In this document: in pieces, positions 41,775 to 52,045 of the stretch
Position numbering within the stretch: position 1 is the stretch's first letter
Layout of the letters: each line of letters starts with the position of its first letter
Assembly (NCBI GenBank): GCA_050951805.1
Contig: JBMNJT010000002.1
Location: forward strand, 992,001-1,056,000
Direction: 5' to 3'
Length of the DNA stretch: 64,000 nucleotides
DNA from: Bacillota bacterium
GTDB lineage: Bacteria; Bacillota; DTU025
Notes under the pieces: model-generated
What the model saw: the letters and a program-made list of their open reading frames with translations, nothing else
Told to the model about the DNA's origin: nothing
Database searches by the model: none
Position numbers and translations under genes: made by a program

Positions 41775-42659
41775 GTGTGGCATCGGTTTCGCTTGATTTT
41801 GCTGCCTCTGTTGGCCGCGTTCTGCGTTGTATTGCTTCTTTGGGCATGTCCGGGGGCAAACGCTTCTGCTGTCACGCTGCGAAAGGGAGATCGAGGCGAA
41901 AACGTGTACGAACTCCAAGAGCAACTGGCGCTTGCAGGCTATCTCGACGGTGAAGCCGATGGGGTTTTTGGCAACGCCACCTATGCCGCAGTGATTCGTT
42001 TTCAGAATGATGTTGGTCTGACGCCAGACGGCATCGTCGGCCCTAACACATGGAGTTCTCTTGCACAGAAGGCACAGTCGGCATCATACAGCAAGTATGT
42101 GGTGGCCAAGGGCGACACAATGTATGCTATTGCCAAGAAATTCGGAGTGACTGTGGAAGAGATAGCGGCGGCCTCTGGGGTCTTGCGGCCTGAACTGATC
42201 AACCCCGGCCAGGAACTGAAGATCCCAATTTGCGCGTCTGCAGCCTCACGCGGCACCTCGGGCAGAGCCAACGCCGAACTTCTCCATTGGGATGTGGCGA
42301 AGACTATATTTACCGCCCGGGCTACTATCATTGATTGTGCTACAGGGCTCTCGTTTCAGGTACAGAGGCGTGGAGGACATAATCACGCTGACGCTGAACC
42401 GTTGACGGCGGCTGATACTGCGATACTGAAGCAGATATACGGCGGAAAATGGAGTTGGTCCAGAAGAGCTGTTATCGTATTAGTCGGGGACAGACGAATT
42501 GCCGCTTCGATCAATGGGATGCCGCACGGAGGTTGCCTTATCAAGGACAACAACTTCGATGGCCACTTCTGTGTTCATTTCTTGGGCAGTCGAACCCATG
42601 CCAGCGCTTTGCTGGATCCTGATCATCAGAGGATGGTCAATGTTGCGGCCGGTTTGTAG
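41775..42659 (+). CDS. Secreted peptidoglycan-binding (PG_binding_1 + LysM) protein
   Basis: Signal peptide, LRKGDRG..DGVFG..DGIVG, LysM YVVAKGDTMYAIAKKFG, C-terminal HADAEP..GMPH..GHFCVHF domain; start inferred. Confidence 0.85.
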   Translation: MWHRFRLILLPLLAAFCVVLLLWACPGANASAVTLRKGDRGENVYELQEQLALAGYLDGEADGVFGNATYAAVIRFQNDVGLTPDGIVGPNTWSSLAQKAQSASYSKYVVAKGDTMYAIAKKFGVTVEEIAAASGVLRPELINPGQELKIPICASAASRGTSGRANAELLHWDVAKTIFTARATIIDCATGLSFQVQRRGGHNHADAEPLTAADTAILKQIYGGKWSWSRRAVIVLVGDRRIAASINGMPHGGCLIKDNNFDGHFCVHFLGSRTHASALLDPDHQRMVNVAAGL

Positions 42660-42761
42660 GCCAGAGCCCCTTTATGCTCGCGTCAACTCGTCAGGGGCGT
42701 GCCTGCCTAACATGGTGTATGCCATGTTTTCTTTTTCAAAGGTTAGGAGGTCATCGGTGTA

Positions 42762-43973
42762 ATGAAGATCCTGGTAATCAACTGTGGAAGCTCATCATTG
42801 AAGTATCAGCTGTTCGACATGGATGAGGAGAAGTGTCTTGCTCGTGGAGGCGTGGAGCGGGTCGGGTCGCCGGATGCGTTCATGACCCATACACGGATCG
42901 GACATGACAAGGTAAAGCGTGATGTAGATGCTCCGGATCATGAGCGTGCGTTGAAATACGTATTTGACGCCCTTGTAGATCCGGAGACTGGAGTAATAGG
43001 CAGCCTGTCTGATATCTCTGCGATTGGACACAGGGTAGTCCATGGTGGCGAAAGGTTTGCCAGTTCGGTCATGATAGATGAAGAAGTCATGAAAGCTTTG
43101 CATGAATGCCAGGACCTGGCACCTCTGCATAATCCCCCTAACATAATGGGAATTGAGGCTTGCCGTAGGCTCATGCCTGATCTGCCAATGGTAGGAGTCT
43201 TTGATACTGCCTTCCATCAGACCATGCCGAAAGAGGCCTATATGTATGGCTTACCATATGACATGTATGTGAACCATGGAGTGAGGCGTTACGGTTTCCA
43301 CGGCACTTCACATAGATACGTCTCACAACGTGCCGCTATCCTCATGAAAAGGCCTATAGAAGAACTCTCCCTGGTGACATGCCATCTTGGGAATGGATCG
43401 AGCATAGCAGCGGTGAAACGGGGAAAGTCCATCGATACAAGCATGGGTTTTACTCCCTTGGAAGGGCTGGTCATGGGAACGAGATCTGGCGATCTGGACC
43501 CTGCCGTCGTATCTTTCCTCTGTGAGCAACTGGACAAGAGCGCGAGCGAGATAGTGTTGGGGTATCTCAACAAAAACTCAGGAGTGCTGGGCCTTTCGGG
43601 AGGGCTATCCAACGATTTCCGGGATCTTGAGAAGGCCGCTGCGGAAGGGCATCAATTGGCCAGACTGGCTCTGGATGTGTTTGCTTATAGGGTGGTAAAA
43701 TACATTGGAGCTTACGCTGCTGCTATGGGCAGCATTGATGGAATAGTATTCACTGCTGGGGTGGGGGAGAATTCGTCGGACATGCGCAGAAGAATATGTG
43801 ATCGGCTGCAGCTGTTCGGGATTGAACTGGACGAGAAAAAGAATAGTGCAAGGGGTGTGGAGCAGATCATATCAACGCCCGAGTCTCGCGTGACTGTCAT
43901 GGCTATACCTACCAACGAGGAGATCATGATCGCGCGCGACACTGCGGAGATCGTTAGCGCGCTGGGAGCTTGA
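42762..43973 (+). CDS. ackA: Acetate kinase
   Basis: INCGSSSLK, GHRVVHGG, APLHNP, YGFHGTSH, PTNEE. Confidence 0.98.
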   Translation: MKILVINCGSSSLKYQLFDMDEEKCLARGGVERVGSPDAFMTHTRIGHDKVKRDVDAPDHERALKYVFDALVDPETGVIGSLSDISAIGHRVVHGGERFASSVMIDEEVMKALHECQDLAPLHNPPNIMGIEACRRLMPDLPMVGVFDTAFHQTMPKEAYMYGLPYDMYVNHGVRRYGFHGTSHRYVSQRAAILMKRPIEELSLVTCHLGNGSSIAAVKRGKSIDTSMGFTPLEGLVMGTRSGDLDPAVVSFLCEQLDKSASEIVLGYLNKNSGVLGLSGGLSNDFRDLEKAAAEGHQLARLALDVFAYRVVKYIGAYAAAMGSIDGIVFTAGVGENSSDMRRRICDRLQLFGIELDEKKNSARGVEQIISTPESRVTVMAIPTNEEIMIARDTAEIVSALGA

Positions 43974-43995
43974 TCCCGGCAGGGGTGGTATTGAG

Positions 43996-44505
43996 GTGCA
44001 GATAGATGTTGAGGGGCTCAGGGAGGAAAAGGGGTCCAATATGTCGATTGACATGGCGGAGGATTTCCCTTCGATTGATCTGATTCGCTCGGAGCTCGTG
44101 TTTATTGAACCGGTCAGATTTGTGGGGCAAGCCACTAATACGGGACGCCGAATCGTTGTAACTGGGATAGCATACGGTCGCGCGCGTGCAACGTGTGACA
44201 GATGCCTATCGGAATTTGAGTTGCCTTTGGAATCGTCCATTCTGGAGACTTACTACAGATCCGACGAGGCCCCTGATTCCCCCGACGAAGATGAGCGGGA
44301 GTATGGGGAGGATAATATTGTCGATATAGCCCCGGCAATCGAGCAAGCCTTCATTCTTTTGCTTCCAATCAGGATAGTGTGTGACGAAGGATGCAAGGGG
44401 TTGTGCCCGCAATGTGGCCACAACTTGAACTGGGGCGATTGTTCGTGCCCTCCCGATGAGAGCTGGGGCTTGTTTCAGAGGGCAAAGATTATCCACAAAG
44501 AGTGA
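43996..44505 (+). CDS. yceD: YceD/DUF177 family protein
   Basis: CDRCL, C..GCKGLCPQCGHNLN..C.C; upstream of rpmF. Confidence 0.9.
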   Translation: MQIDVEGLREEKGSNMSIDMAEDFPSIDLIRSELVFIEPVRFVGQATNTGRRIVVTGIAYGRARATCDRCLSEFELPLESSILETYYRSDEAPDSPDEDEREYGEDNIVDIAPAIEQAFILLLPIRIVCDEGCKGLCPQCGHNLNWGDCSCPPDESWGLFQRAKIIHKE

Positions 44506-44615
44506 AAACAACACTGTTTCGTTCTGGATGTGGTAGGGCTTTGATGCTGACACGGTTGGCGATACTCTCATGCCCTCGAACGGCACGGAGAGTATGGAGA
44601 CCTGGCGAAGAAAAC

Positions 44616-44644
44616 TTGCCTGCTTCGTCCAAGAGTAGTACAAT
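44616..44644 (+). promoter_or_regulatory. SigA promoter for rpmF
   Basis: TTGCCT-N17-TACAAT. Confidence 0.6.
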
Positions 44645-44724
44645 ATCATAGCTTAATCATGATTGAATGGAGGTGGAGAGGTTTCCTCGGGGCGCGCGGT
44701 TTGTGCCTCGACGAAACCAAGAAT

Positions 44725-44907
44725 ATGCCTGCTGTTCCAAAACAGAAATCCGGCAAGTCGCGCACTCGTAAGCGTCGCGCAAACTGGAAAGCTGAGGCCC
44801 CGACCCTCTCCGTTTGCCCACAGTGCAAGAAACCCAGGCTGCCCCATAGGGCATGCCCGGAGTGCGGATATTACGGGGGTCGCACAGTTATTGATGTTTC
44901 AGAGTAA
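44725..44907 (+). CDS. rpmF: 50S ribosomal protein L32
   Basis: AVPKQKSGKSRTRKRRA, CPQC..LPHRACPECGYY. Confidence 0.97.
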   Translation: MPAVPKQKSGKSRTRKRRANWKAEAPTLSVCPQCKKPRLPHRACPECGYYGGRTVIDVSE

Positions 44908-45006
44908 TTCTTCAACCTAAGGGTGCAGAGCGGATTCATTCGGACGCGCGTAGTTCGGCTGAACCCGCTTTCAGCTTTTGTTGAGCTTTTTTGGGGGGTT
45001 ATCCAT

Positions 45007-46014
45007 ATGCGGATAGCTGTTGACGTCATGGGAGGCGACATGGGGCCGGCTGAGATGATCCCGGGAGCGTTGATGGCCCGTGATCAGTATGGGGCCCAAG
45101 TGATTTTTGTGGGCGACGAGGAGACGATAAAGGCGCACCTGAAGGAGAACGGACGGGATGAATCTGACATAGAGATCGTGCACGCGGCAGACTCGATATC
45201 CATGGATGAGGACCCTCTTGCGGCTGTGCGCCACAAGCGCGACTCCTCAATGGTCGTAGCAGCTAAGCTTGTCCGTGAGAAAAAGGCGCAAGCAGCGGTC
45301 ACTTCTGGCAGCACAGGGGCTCTCGTTGCGGCCGGGCCTCTCGTTGTAGGGCGGCTTAAGGGGGCATCGAGGCCAGCTCTGGCAACGCCTATCCCGACCG
45401 TTGGAGGTCATCCTTGCGTTATCCTTGACATCGGCGCTAATCCGGAGTGTCAAGCGAAGAATCTGTTGGAGTTCGCGATTATGGGATCAGCTTATGCTTC
45501 GGCGCTTCTCGGAATAGATAATCCCAGCATCGGTTTGCTGTCGAACGGCACTGAAGCTAGCAAGGGAACTTCGGTGATTGTCCAGGCGAATCAGATGCTG
45601 TCCGGGTCGGGCCTGAACTTCGTGGGCAATATCGAAGCCCGTTCGATCTTCTATGGAGAAGCTGACGTCGTTGTAATGGACGGTTTTGCTGGTAATGTCG
45701 TCCTCAAGCTTTCTGAGGGTCTCGGATCAGCCATTTTCGACATGGTGAAAGAGGAGATGAGCAAGGGCTGCATGGTGAAAGCAGGAGCTCTTCTCGTGAA
45801 ACCTGCGCTAAAGAGTGTCAAGAGGAGGATGGATTATTCAGAATATGGGGGCGCTCCTCTCTTGGGCCTGTCCGGTCTGCTTGTCAAGGCCCATGGAAGC
45901 TCCAATCGTAAGGCGTTTGCCAACGCTATCAGAGTCACTTCCGAACTGCTTGATAGAGGACTTGTTGAGAAGATGTCCCAGTCTCTTTCGGCCATGGTTG
46001 ACGGCGAGGCTTGA
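45007..46014 (+). CDS. plsX: Phosphate acyltransferase PlsX
   Basis: MRIAVDVMGGD, RPAL, DGFAGNVVLK, YGGAPLLG, AHGSS. Confidence 0.97.
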   Translation: MRIAVDVMGGDMGPAEMIPGALMARDQYGAQVIFVGDEETIKAHLKENGRDESDIEIVHAADSISMDEDPLAAVRHKRDSSMVVAAKLVREKKAQAAVTSGSTGALVAAGPLVVGRLKGASRPALATPIPTVGGHPCVILDIGANPECQAKNLLEFAIMGSAYASALLGIDNPSIGLLSNGTEASKGTSVIVQANQMLSGSGLNFVGNIEARSIFYGEADVVVMDGFAGNVVLKLSEGLGSAIFDMVKEEMSKGCMVKAGALLVKPALKSVKRRMDYSEYGGAPLLGLSGLLVKAHGSSNRKAFANAIRVTSELLDRGLVEKMSQSLSAMVDGEA

Positions 46015-46106
46015 GACTGGACGCAATGGCATTGGGTACGGGCTTGAAATGAAGGTAATTGCTTTATAAGATGGGATTGAATATCCTTGCATGGAGGTGG
46101 TCAGTT

Positions 46107-46364
46107 TTGACTGAAGCTGAAATACTTGCTAAAGTTCGTGAGATCGTCTCCGACAAGCTTGGTGTTGCAGAGGAGGAGATCTGTCGCGAGTCGGATTTCA
46201 TTGACGATCTTGGCGCCGACTCGCTGTACCTCAACGAAATCGTGTACGAAATTGAAGAGGAATTCGACCTGCGTGTGCCCGACGAAGACTTCGATTCCAT
46301 GAGAACTGTAGGTCAGGCTGTCGACTATATATACAACCGTGTGCGCGACGATCGAGATCGATAA
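46107..46364 (+). CDS. acpP: Acyl carrier protein (divergent)
   Basis: DDLGADSL phosphopantetheine site, EEEF..PDE..TVGQAVDYI. Confidence 0.9.
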   Translation: MTEAEILAKVREIVSDKLGVAEEEICRESDFIDDLGADSLYLNEIVYEIEEEFDLRVPDEDFDSMRTVGQAVDYIYNRVRDDRDR

Positions 46365-47073
46365 AGTTTCGGCTGTTCTCGGCCTCGAGTTTGAAGACAA
46401 ATCTCTTCTAGTTAGGGCGTTGACCCATACGTCTTATGCAGCAGAGCATGGCCAGGATCGGGCTTTATCAAACGAGCGCCTTGAGTTTCTTGGCGATGCG
46501 ATTCTCAAAGCCGTTATGGCGGAGCAGCTGATGACTCTCATGGAAGATGCAGACGAGGGCAGGTTGTCGAAGGTATCTGCTCAGGCAGTGAGCGGGCAGG
46601 CCTTGGCACGGGCCGCCGTCGATCTTGGAGTCTCCGATTTTATCATGTTGGGGCATGGCGAAGAATCGAGCGGCGGCAGGTGTCGACAGAGAAACTTGGC
46701 AGGCGCTATGGAGGCCATTATTGGCGCCGTATATCTCGACTCCGGCTTCGACGAGGCCAGATCTTTCATCATTCGGGCACTGGCAAGCGAAATCCATGAT
46801 GCTATTACCGGTCCTGAGAACGACCACAAGACTGCTTTTCAAGAAGCAGTGCAGGCCAGATCTTTGGGCCAGGCGTCTTACAGAACGGTCAAGAGCGAAG
46901 GCCCGCCCCACAAACCCTGGTTTACGGTGGAGGCGTTGATTGCCGACAGGGTAGTTGGAACGGGAGAAGGTCCGAGCAAACGCGCCGCAGAACAGGAAGC
47001 AGCCAAGGATGGGCTGAGAATGCTCGAGAACGGCGAATCTGCATGGGTCAACTGCGCTTCTGACGATGAATGA
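46339..47073 (+). CDS. rnc: Ribonuclease III
   Basis: ALTHTS, NERLEFLGDA, EAIIGAVYLD, dsRBD GPPH; start uncertain. Confidence 0.96.
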   Translation: MCATIEIDKVSAVLGLEFEDKSLLVRALTHTSYAAEHGQDRALSNERLEFLGDAILKAVMAEQLMTLMEDADEGRLSKVSAQAVSGQALARAAVDLGVSDFIMLGHGEESSGGRCRQRNLAGAMEAIIGAVYLDSGFDEARSFIIRALASEIHDAITGPENDHKTAFQEAVQARSLGQASYRTVKSEGPPHKPWFTVEALIADRVVGTGEGPSKRAAEQEAAKDGLRMLENGESAWVNCASDDE

Positions 47074-47165
47074 GAACTCTCCAGTTGTGCCTGGCGACAA
47101 TGGCGAAGCGGAGACAGTCGGCGCTTGTGCGTCGGCATATATGTACGTTTCGGGGGGAGTGCGAC

Positions 47166-47426
47166 TTGGAGGTTTTGAAAGTATCTGGCCAGTCAAACCC
47201 AAAAGCTGTTGCTGGGGCGCTGGCCGCGATTGTCAGGGACCAAGGTTCGGTGCAGGTGAATGCGGTGGGCGCAGCGGCTGTGAACCAGGCAGTAAAGGCA
47301 ATAACTATTGCAAGGGGTTTCGTGGCGCCAAACGGAATCGATTTGGTGACCGTGCCTGCATTTTCTGAGATCGAAATAGACGGAGAGGAACGCACGGCTA
47401 TAAGGTTCATCGTGATGCCGCGGTAG
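47166..47426 (+). CDS. spoVS: Stage V sporulation protein S
   Basis: EVLKVS..SNPKAVAGALA, GAAAVNQAVKA, ARGFVAP, ERTAI. Confidence 0.95.
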   Translation: MEVLKVSGQSNPKAVAGALAAIVRDQGSVQVNAVGAAAVNQAVKAITIARGFVAPNGIDLVTVPAFSEIEIDGEERTAIRFIVMPR

Positions 47427-47515
47427 CGGGCAATACTAACTTTGAAAGATCAATCGGCAAAGGCTGCGCCGCTTGGCGCGGCTTTTGCTGAGTGTACGTC
47501 ATGGGAGGGCCGAAC

Positions 47516-50500
47516 TTGTATCTGAAACAGCTCTCTCTGTTCGGCTTCAAGTCATTTGCGAGCAGAGTGGACTTGGATTTTTCGCCTGGGCTCACGGGAG
47601 TTGTCGGGCCCAATGGTGTTGGAAAGAGCAATATTGCCGATGCCCTCAGATGGGCTTTGGGTGAGCAAAGCCCGCGAATCCTTCGTGGGTCGCGAATGCA
47701 GGACGTTATCTTCGCTGGAACTGAAAGCAGGAAACCCCTTGGCTATGCAGAGGTTACTCTTGTATTCGATAATTCAGATGACTTTCTGAACCTGGGGTTT
47801 ACTGAGGTCACGGTCACAAGAAGGCTTTTCCGATCCGGAGAATCGGAGTATGTATTGAACGGAGTTCCATGTCGGCTCAGGGACATAATCGATCTTTTCT
47901 CCGGGACTGGTCTGGGAAAAGACTCTTACTCTGTAGTAGAGCAGAGCAAGATCGACATCATATTGTCCGACCGCTCGCAGGACAGACGGGCCATTTTCGA
48001 CGAAGCTTCTGGAATCATGAAGTATCGTGCACGGAGGCGGGAAGCTGAACGAAAGCTGGTGGAGGTGCGCGCTGACCAGCTCAGGGTCGGAGATCTAGTT
48101 GCTGAACTCGGTAGGCAGCTGCCTGTCCTTCGGAACCAGGCGGAGGAGGCAGAACGCTGGCGCGAGCTTACCGAAAGGCTTACCCGACTGGAGATAGACC
48201 TTCTCTGCCACGATCTCAAGAGGCTCTCGCTTCGTCGCCTCGACAGTGCGTCACGAATAGATGACCTTGAAAGGCGAGAACATGAGTGTGCCGCCGAGTC
48301 CGCCCAATGCGAGGCTGTGCTGGAGTCGGCAAAAACTAGGGCAATGCAAGCTGACTTGGCTGTGGAGACGCTACATGTTGCGGCAGGTCAGGCTGCTGCG
48401 GCTTCTGAGAGGGAAAGCGGTAGACTCAAGCTTGCCCAGGAGAGGAAGCGAACTCTCCTGGAACGTTCTCAGGAGATCGCAGCGGCGCGCGAGGCGGAAG
48501 AGGGAAAACACGCCAGGTTGGAAAATGAATTTGCGCTGTTGCAAGGTCAGGTTGATGCCGCAGGTCTTGAGGGGCGCGATGTCATGGAGCAAGCTGATGC
48601 ATCGCGGAGACGGTTGGCAGAGGCGTCCAAGGCTCGAGCTGACGCTGAAGCAAGGGTTGAGGAGGCAAAATCGGACCTTTTTGACGCTTTGGCTTTGGAA
48701 TCTGACTTGAGATCGCGCATTGGCGCTATTGAGTCGTCGAAGCGGTCGAACGAAGCTCGGTTGGCGCGTTTGATACAACAAGCCCAGGAGAAGGCTGTAG
48801 CTCAGGATAGCGCCAGGCGTGAGACCGATGATCTTTTCTCGGAATTAGAACGGCTCCGGGGCGATCTTGAAAAGGCGGAGAGGGAGGCTGCGGAGGCCAA
48901 GGTATTATATGAGCGTGCCATGGAAGCTGCGGAATCCGTTTCGGAGCGTGCCATGGAGGCCGAGGCGAAGGTTTCGTCGGCAGCTGCCGCGCACTCCAGT
49001 ATAGATGCGCTACAGAGGCAGTATGAGGGATACGGCCGCGCAGTTCGCGCGCTTTTGGCTGGTGATAACGGGCGGGCTATGGGCCTTGCGGGCACTGTTT
49101 CGGATCTAATTCGCGTCCCGAAGGAATACGAGATCGCTATTGAAGCAGCATTGGGCCCTTCAGTCCAGAACATAGTGGCATCCACCTCTGAAGGGGCGGA
49201 GCGAGCTGTGGAGTTTCTCAAGAAAAACCGTGCCGGACGCGCTACCTTTCTTCCGCTGGACATCTTGAAGCCTTCCCCCATTTCTTCGGCGCAGCTTCCT
49301 GTGGCTGAGTCCGGAATTGTCGGGCTTGCGGCTGATCTTGTGGAATCGGCGCCCATCTACCGAAAGGTGGTTGAGTACCTTCTCGGACGCGTAGTAGTGG
49401 TGAGAGACTTGGGATGCGGCATCCGGCTTGCCAAAAGCGGGCTGAGGTGTCGCATGGTGACTTTGGACGGAGACATCATCTCCGCCGGAGGCGCCATAAC
49501 GGGCGGAGAGGCACCTGATAGGCGCGGGGGACTGCTTGCGCGGTCCAGACGGCTTGAAGAGCTTGCTGCCGAACTCGAGAGTGCGAGGGCAGAGAGCGCC
49601 AGTATGCATAGGCTCAAGGACGAGGCTGTGGCAGAAGCCGGCGCTCTCAGGTTGGTGTGGGAGGAGAATGAACGCAATAAGGCGACTCTCGAGTCGGTCC
49701 TGAGCAATGTCGTTCAGAAAATAAGATTGGCAGAGGCTGAGCTTTCTCGGTTCGCAGACGAGCTTGAGACTGTGGAACTTGAAGCTGAGATAGTACGCAG
49801 GGAGATTGATGCGTTGACTGAGGAGGCGAAGAGCCTTGCTCAACAGTTGTCAGGGTCTGAGGCCCGTCGAAAGAAACTAGAAGAGTCATTGGAAGCATTA
49901 GCCGAGTCCGCGGCCGGCTTGAAGAAAGATGAATCACGAGAGGCAGAGCGCTACTCGGAGCTGGCGCAGGAGGCGGCTACTTACCGCGAGAGGCTGTCGG
50001 GGCTTAAGGCCGCTCTGCTCAAAGCCGAGGAGCAACTGATGTCCCATAACGAAGAGCTTGCTAGGCTCCGGAACGAGGAGAATAGAGTTTGTCAGGAAGC
50101 AACTGACGCCGCTGCGCAGATTGAGGCTATTGGGGAAGCGGCTGCGGCTCTTGCGCAGGAGTATTCTAAAGCCCAGCGTCTGCTCGACGAGGGCCGTGAG
50201 GAGCGGGCGAAGGCAGCTGCTGATGTCAATGAGGGCGAGTTGGCAGCGCGTGTGGCCCGGAAACGGCACCAAGAGGTGGCTGAGAAACTGAACGGGGCTA
50301 GAATAGAAGGGGCGCGGATTGCAGCGGAATACGAGGCATGTGTTGAACGGCTGGCTTCTGCCTATTCCATATCTGAAGAGGAAGGACTTGCCAGAGATGT
50401 TGCAATTCAGTCTAGGGCCGGGGTGCAGGCAGAGATCGCGCAACTGCGTGCCGAGATCACTGAAATCGGTCCGGTTAACCACACCGCCATTGAGGAAAGC

Positions 50501-51070
50501 CGCAAGCTTGCTGAGAGGCACGGCTTCTTGGAAACTCAATTGAAGGACCTGGAGGCTGCGCAGGCTTCACTCGATGAGGTAGTTCGGGAATGCGAGCTTA
50601 CATGTGAGAAGAGATTCCTTGAGACGTTCGAGGCGGTCAGATCGGAGTTTGCCGACATATTCACCGACATATTCGGCGGTGGAACCGCCGACCTTGTTCT
50701 TGATGATCCTGACAATCCTCTTGAGTGTGGGATCGATATAGTATGTCAGCCTCCGGGCAAGAAACTCTCCAGCCTTTCTCTAATGTCAAGGGGCGAAAGG
50801 TCGCTGGTTGCCATTGCCCTGTTGTTTGCGATCATGAGAGTGAATCCGAGCCCAGTCTGTCTCCTAGACGAGATCGATTCGGCGCTCGACGAGGCTAACC
50901 TAATACGGTTTGCCCAGTTGCTCAAGACGACATCCGAGGACGTGCAGGTAATTATTGTGACCCACAGAAAACGGACCATGGAGTGTGCTGACGCGCTGTT
51001 TGGCGTGACAATGGAAGAGTCGGGAGTGTCGAAGGTCTTCTCGATTCGAACGGATCAGCAGGTCAGCTAG
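47516..51070 (+). CDS. smc: Chromosome segregation protein SMC
   Basis: GFKSF, GPNGVGKSN, coiled coils, hinge GRATFLPL/GAITGG, LLDEIDSALD. Confidence 0.97.
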   Translation: MYLKQLSLFGFKSFASRVDLDFSPGLTGVVGPNGVGKSNIADALRWALGEQSPRILRGSRMQDVIFAGTESRKPLGYAEVTLVFDNSDDFLNLGFTEVTVTRRLFRSGESEYVLNGVPCRLRDIIDLFSGTGLGKDSYSVVEQSKIDIILSDRSQDRRAIFDEASGIMKYRARRREAERKLVEVRADQLRVGDLVAELGRQLPVLRNQAEEAERWRELTERLTRLEIDLLCHDLKRLSLRRLDSASRIDDLERREHECAAESAQCEAVLESAKTRAMQADLAVETLHVAAGQAAAASERESGRLKLAQERKRTLLERSQEIAAAREAEEGKHARLENEFALLQGQVDAAGLEGRDVMEQADASRRRLAEASKARADAEARVEEAKSDLFDALALESDLRSRIGAIESSKRSNEARLARLIQQAQEKAVAQDSARRETDDLFSELERLRGDLEKAEREAAEAKVLYERAMEAAESVSERAMEAEAKVSSAAAAHSSIDALQRQYEGYGRAVRALLAGDNGRAMGLAGTVSDLIRVPKEYEIAIEAALGPSVQNIVASTSEGAERAVEFLKKNRAGRATFLPLDILKPSPISSAQLPVAESGIVGLAADLVESAPIYRKVVEYLLGRVVVVRDLGCGIRLAKSGLRCRMVTLDGDIISAGGAITGGEAPDRRGGLLARSRRLEELAAELESARAESASMHRLKDEAVAEAGALRLVWEENERNKATLESVLSNVVQKIRLAEAELSRFADELETVELEAEIVRREIDALTEEAKSLAQQLSGSEARRKKLEESLEALAESAAGLKKDESREAERYSELAQEAATYRERLSGLKAALLKAEEQLMSHNEELARLRNEENRVCQEATDAAAQIEAIGEAAAALAQEYSKAQRLLDEGREERAKAAADVNEGELAARVARKRHQEVAEKLNGARIEGARIAAEYEACVERLASAYSISEEEGLARDVAIQSRAGVQAEIAQLRAEITEIGPVNHTAIEESRKLAERHGFLETQLKDLEAAQASLDEVVRECELTCEKRFLETFEAVRSEFADIFTDIFGGGTADLVLDDPDNPLECGIDIVCQPPGKKLSSLSLMSRGERSLVAIALLFAIMRVNPSPVCLLDEIDSALDEANLIRFAQLLKTTSEDVQVIIVTHRKRTMECADALFGVTMEESGVSKVFSIRTDQQVS

Positions 51071-51082
51071 GGGCATGGAGGT

Positions 51083-52045
51083 ATGTCAATGTCACCGTCA
51101 TTTTTCTCAAACCTTTGGAGTGGACTCGCAAAGACGAGGGATGCCATTATCGATCCGATCGAGGCCTTATTCTCCAAGAAGAAGGTCATAGACGAGGAGA
51201 CCCTTGAGGAGTTGGAGGCAGTTCTCATACAGGCAGACCTGGGCGTTGCAGCGACCACTGCGATAATCAACAAAATGCGGGAATCCGGTTCGCGTGGAGA
51301 GCAGGTCGATGCCGACGGGGCCGTGGCCTTGATAGAGCAGGAGCTCATCTCGATACTTGGCGAAAGGACCGCGCCTCTTGCAAGGGCTGACGAGCCACCG
51401 ACCGTAGTGATGGTGGTCGGGGTCAATGGGACGGGAAAGACTACATCGATAGGGAAGATAGCGTCCATGTTGGCTCATGAGGGGAACAGAGTGACGCTTG
51501 CTGCAGCTGATACTTTTCGTGCAGCTGCCATAGAACAGTTGGAGGTTTGGGGTAACAGGACTGGGTGCAATGTAGTACGACATCAGGAGGGATCCGATCC
51601 GGCGGCTGTGGCTTTCGATGCCTACCAGGCTGCTCGGGCCCGTGGCTCCGACTACCTGCTTGTTGACACCGCTGGCAGGCTTCACACCAAGAGCAACCTC
51701 ATGGAAGAGTTGAAGAAGATCAAGAGGGTGATCTCGCGGGAGTGCGATGAAGCTCCACATGAAGTCTTGCTCGTAGTTGACGCTACGACAGGACAGAATG
51801 CCATAGCGCAGGCGCGGGTTTTCAATGAGGCGGTGGGAGTCACTGGCGTGGTCTTGACGAAGTTGGACGGAACAGCCAGAGGGGGCATCGTGGTTGCCAT
51901 CAGCCAGGAATTGAACATCCCGGTGAAATATGTAGGAGTAGGTGAAGGGGCGGAAGATCTCAGACCTTTCAGTCCCGAACGGTTTGTTCAGGGGCTTCTT
52001 AGAGCGGACGCAGGTGATGATGGCCGGAAAGGTGCCAAACGCTGA
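51083..52045 (+). CDS. ftsY: SRP receptor FtsY
   Basis: GVNGTGKTT, DTFRAAA, DTAGRL, TKLDGTARGG. Confidence 0.98.
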   Translation: MSMSPSFFSNLWSGLAKTRDAIIDPIEALFSKKKVIDEETLEELEAVLIQADLGVAATTAIINKMRESGSRGEQVDADGAVALIEQELISILGERTAPLARADEPPTVVMVVGVNGTGKTTSIGKIASMLAHEGNRVTLAAADTFRAAAIEQLEVWGNRTGCNVVRHQEGSDPAAVAFDAYQAARARGSDYLLVDTAGRLHTKSNLMEELKKIKRVISRECDEAPHEVLLVVDATTGQNAIAQARVFNEAVGVTGVVLTKLDGTARGGIVVAISQELNIPVKYVGVGEGAEDLRPFSPERFVQGLLRADAGDDGRKGAKR

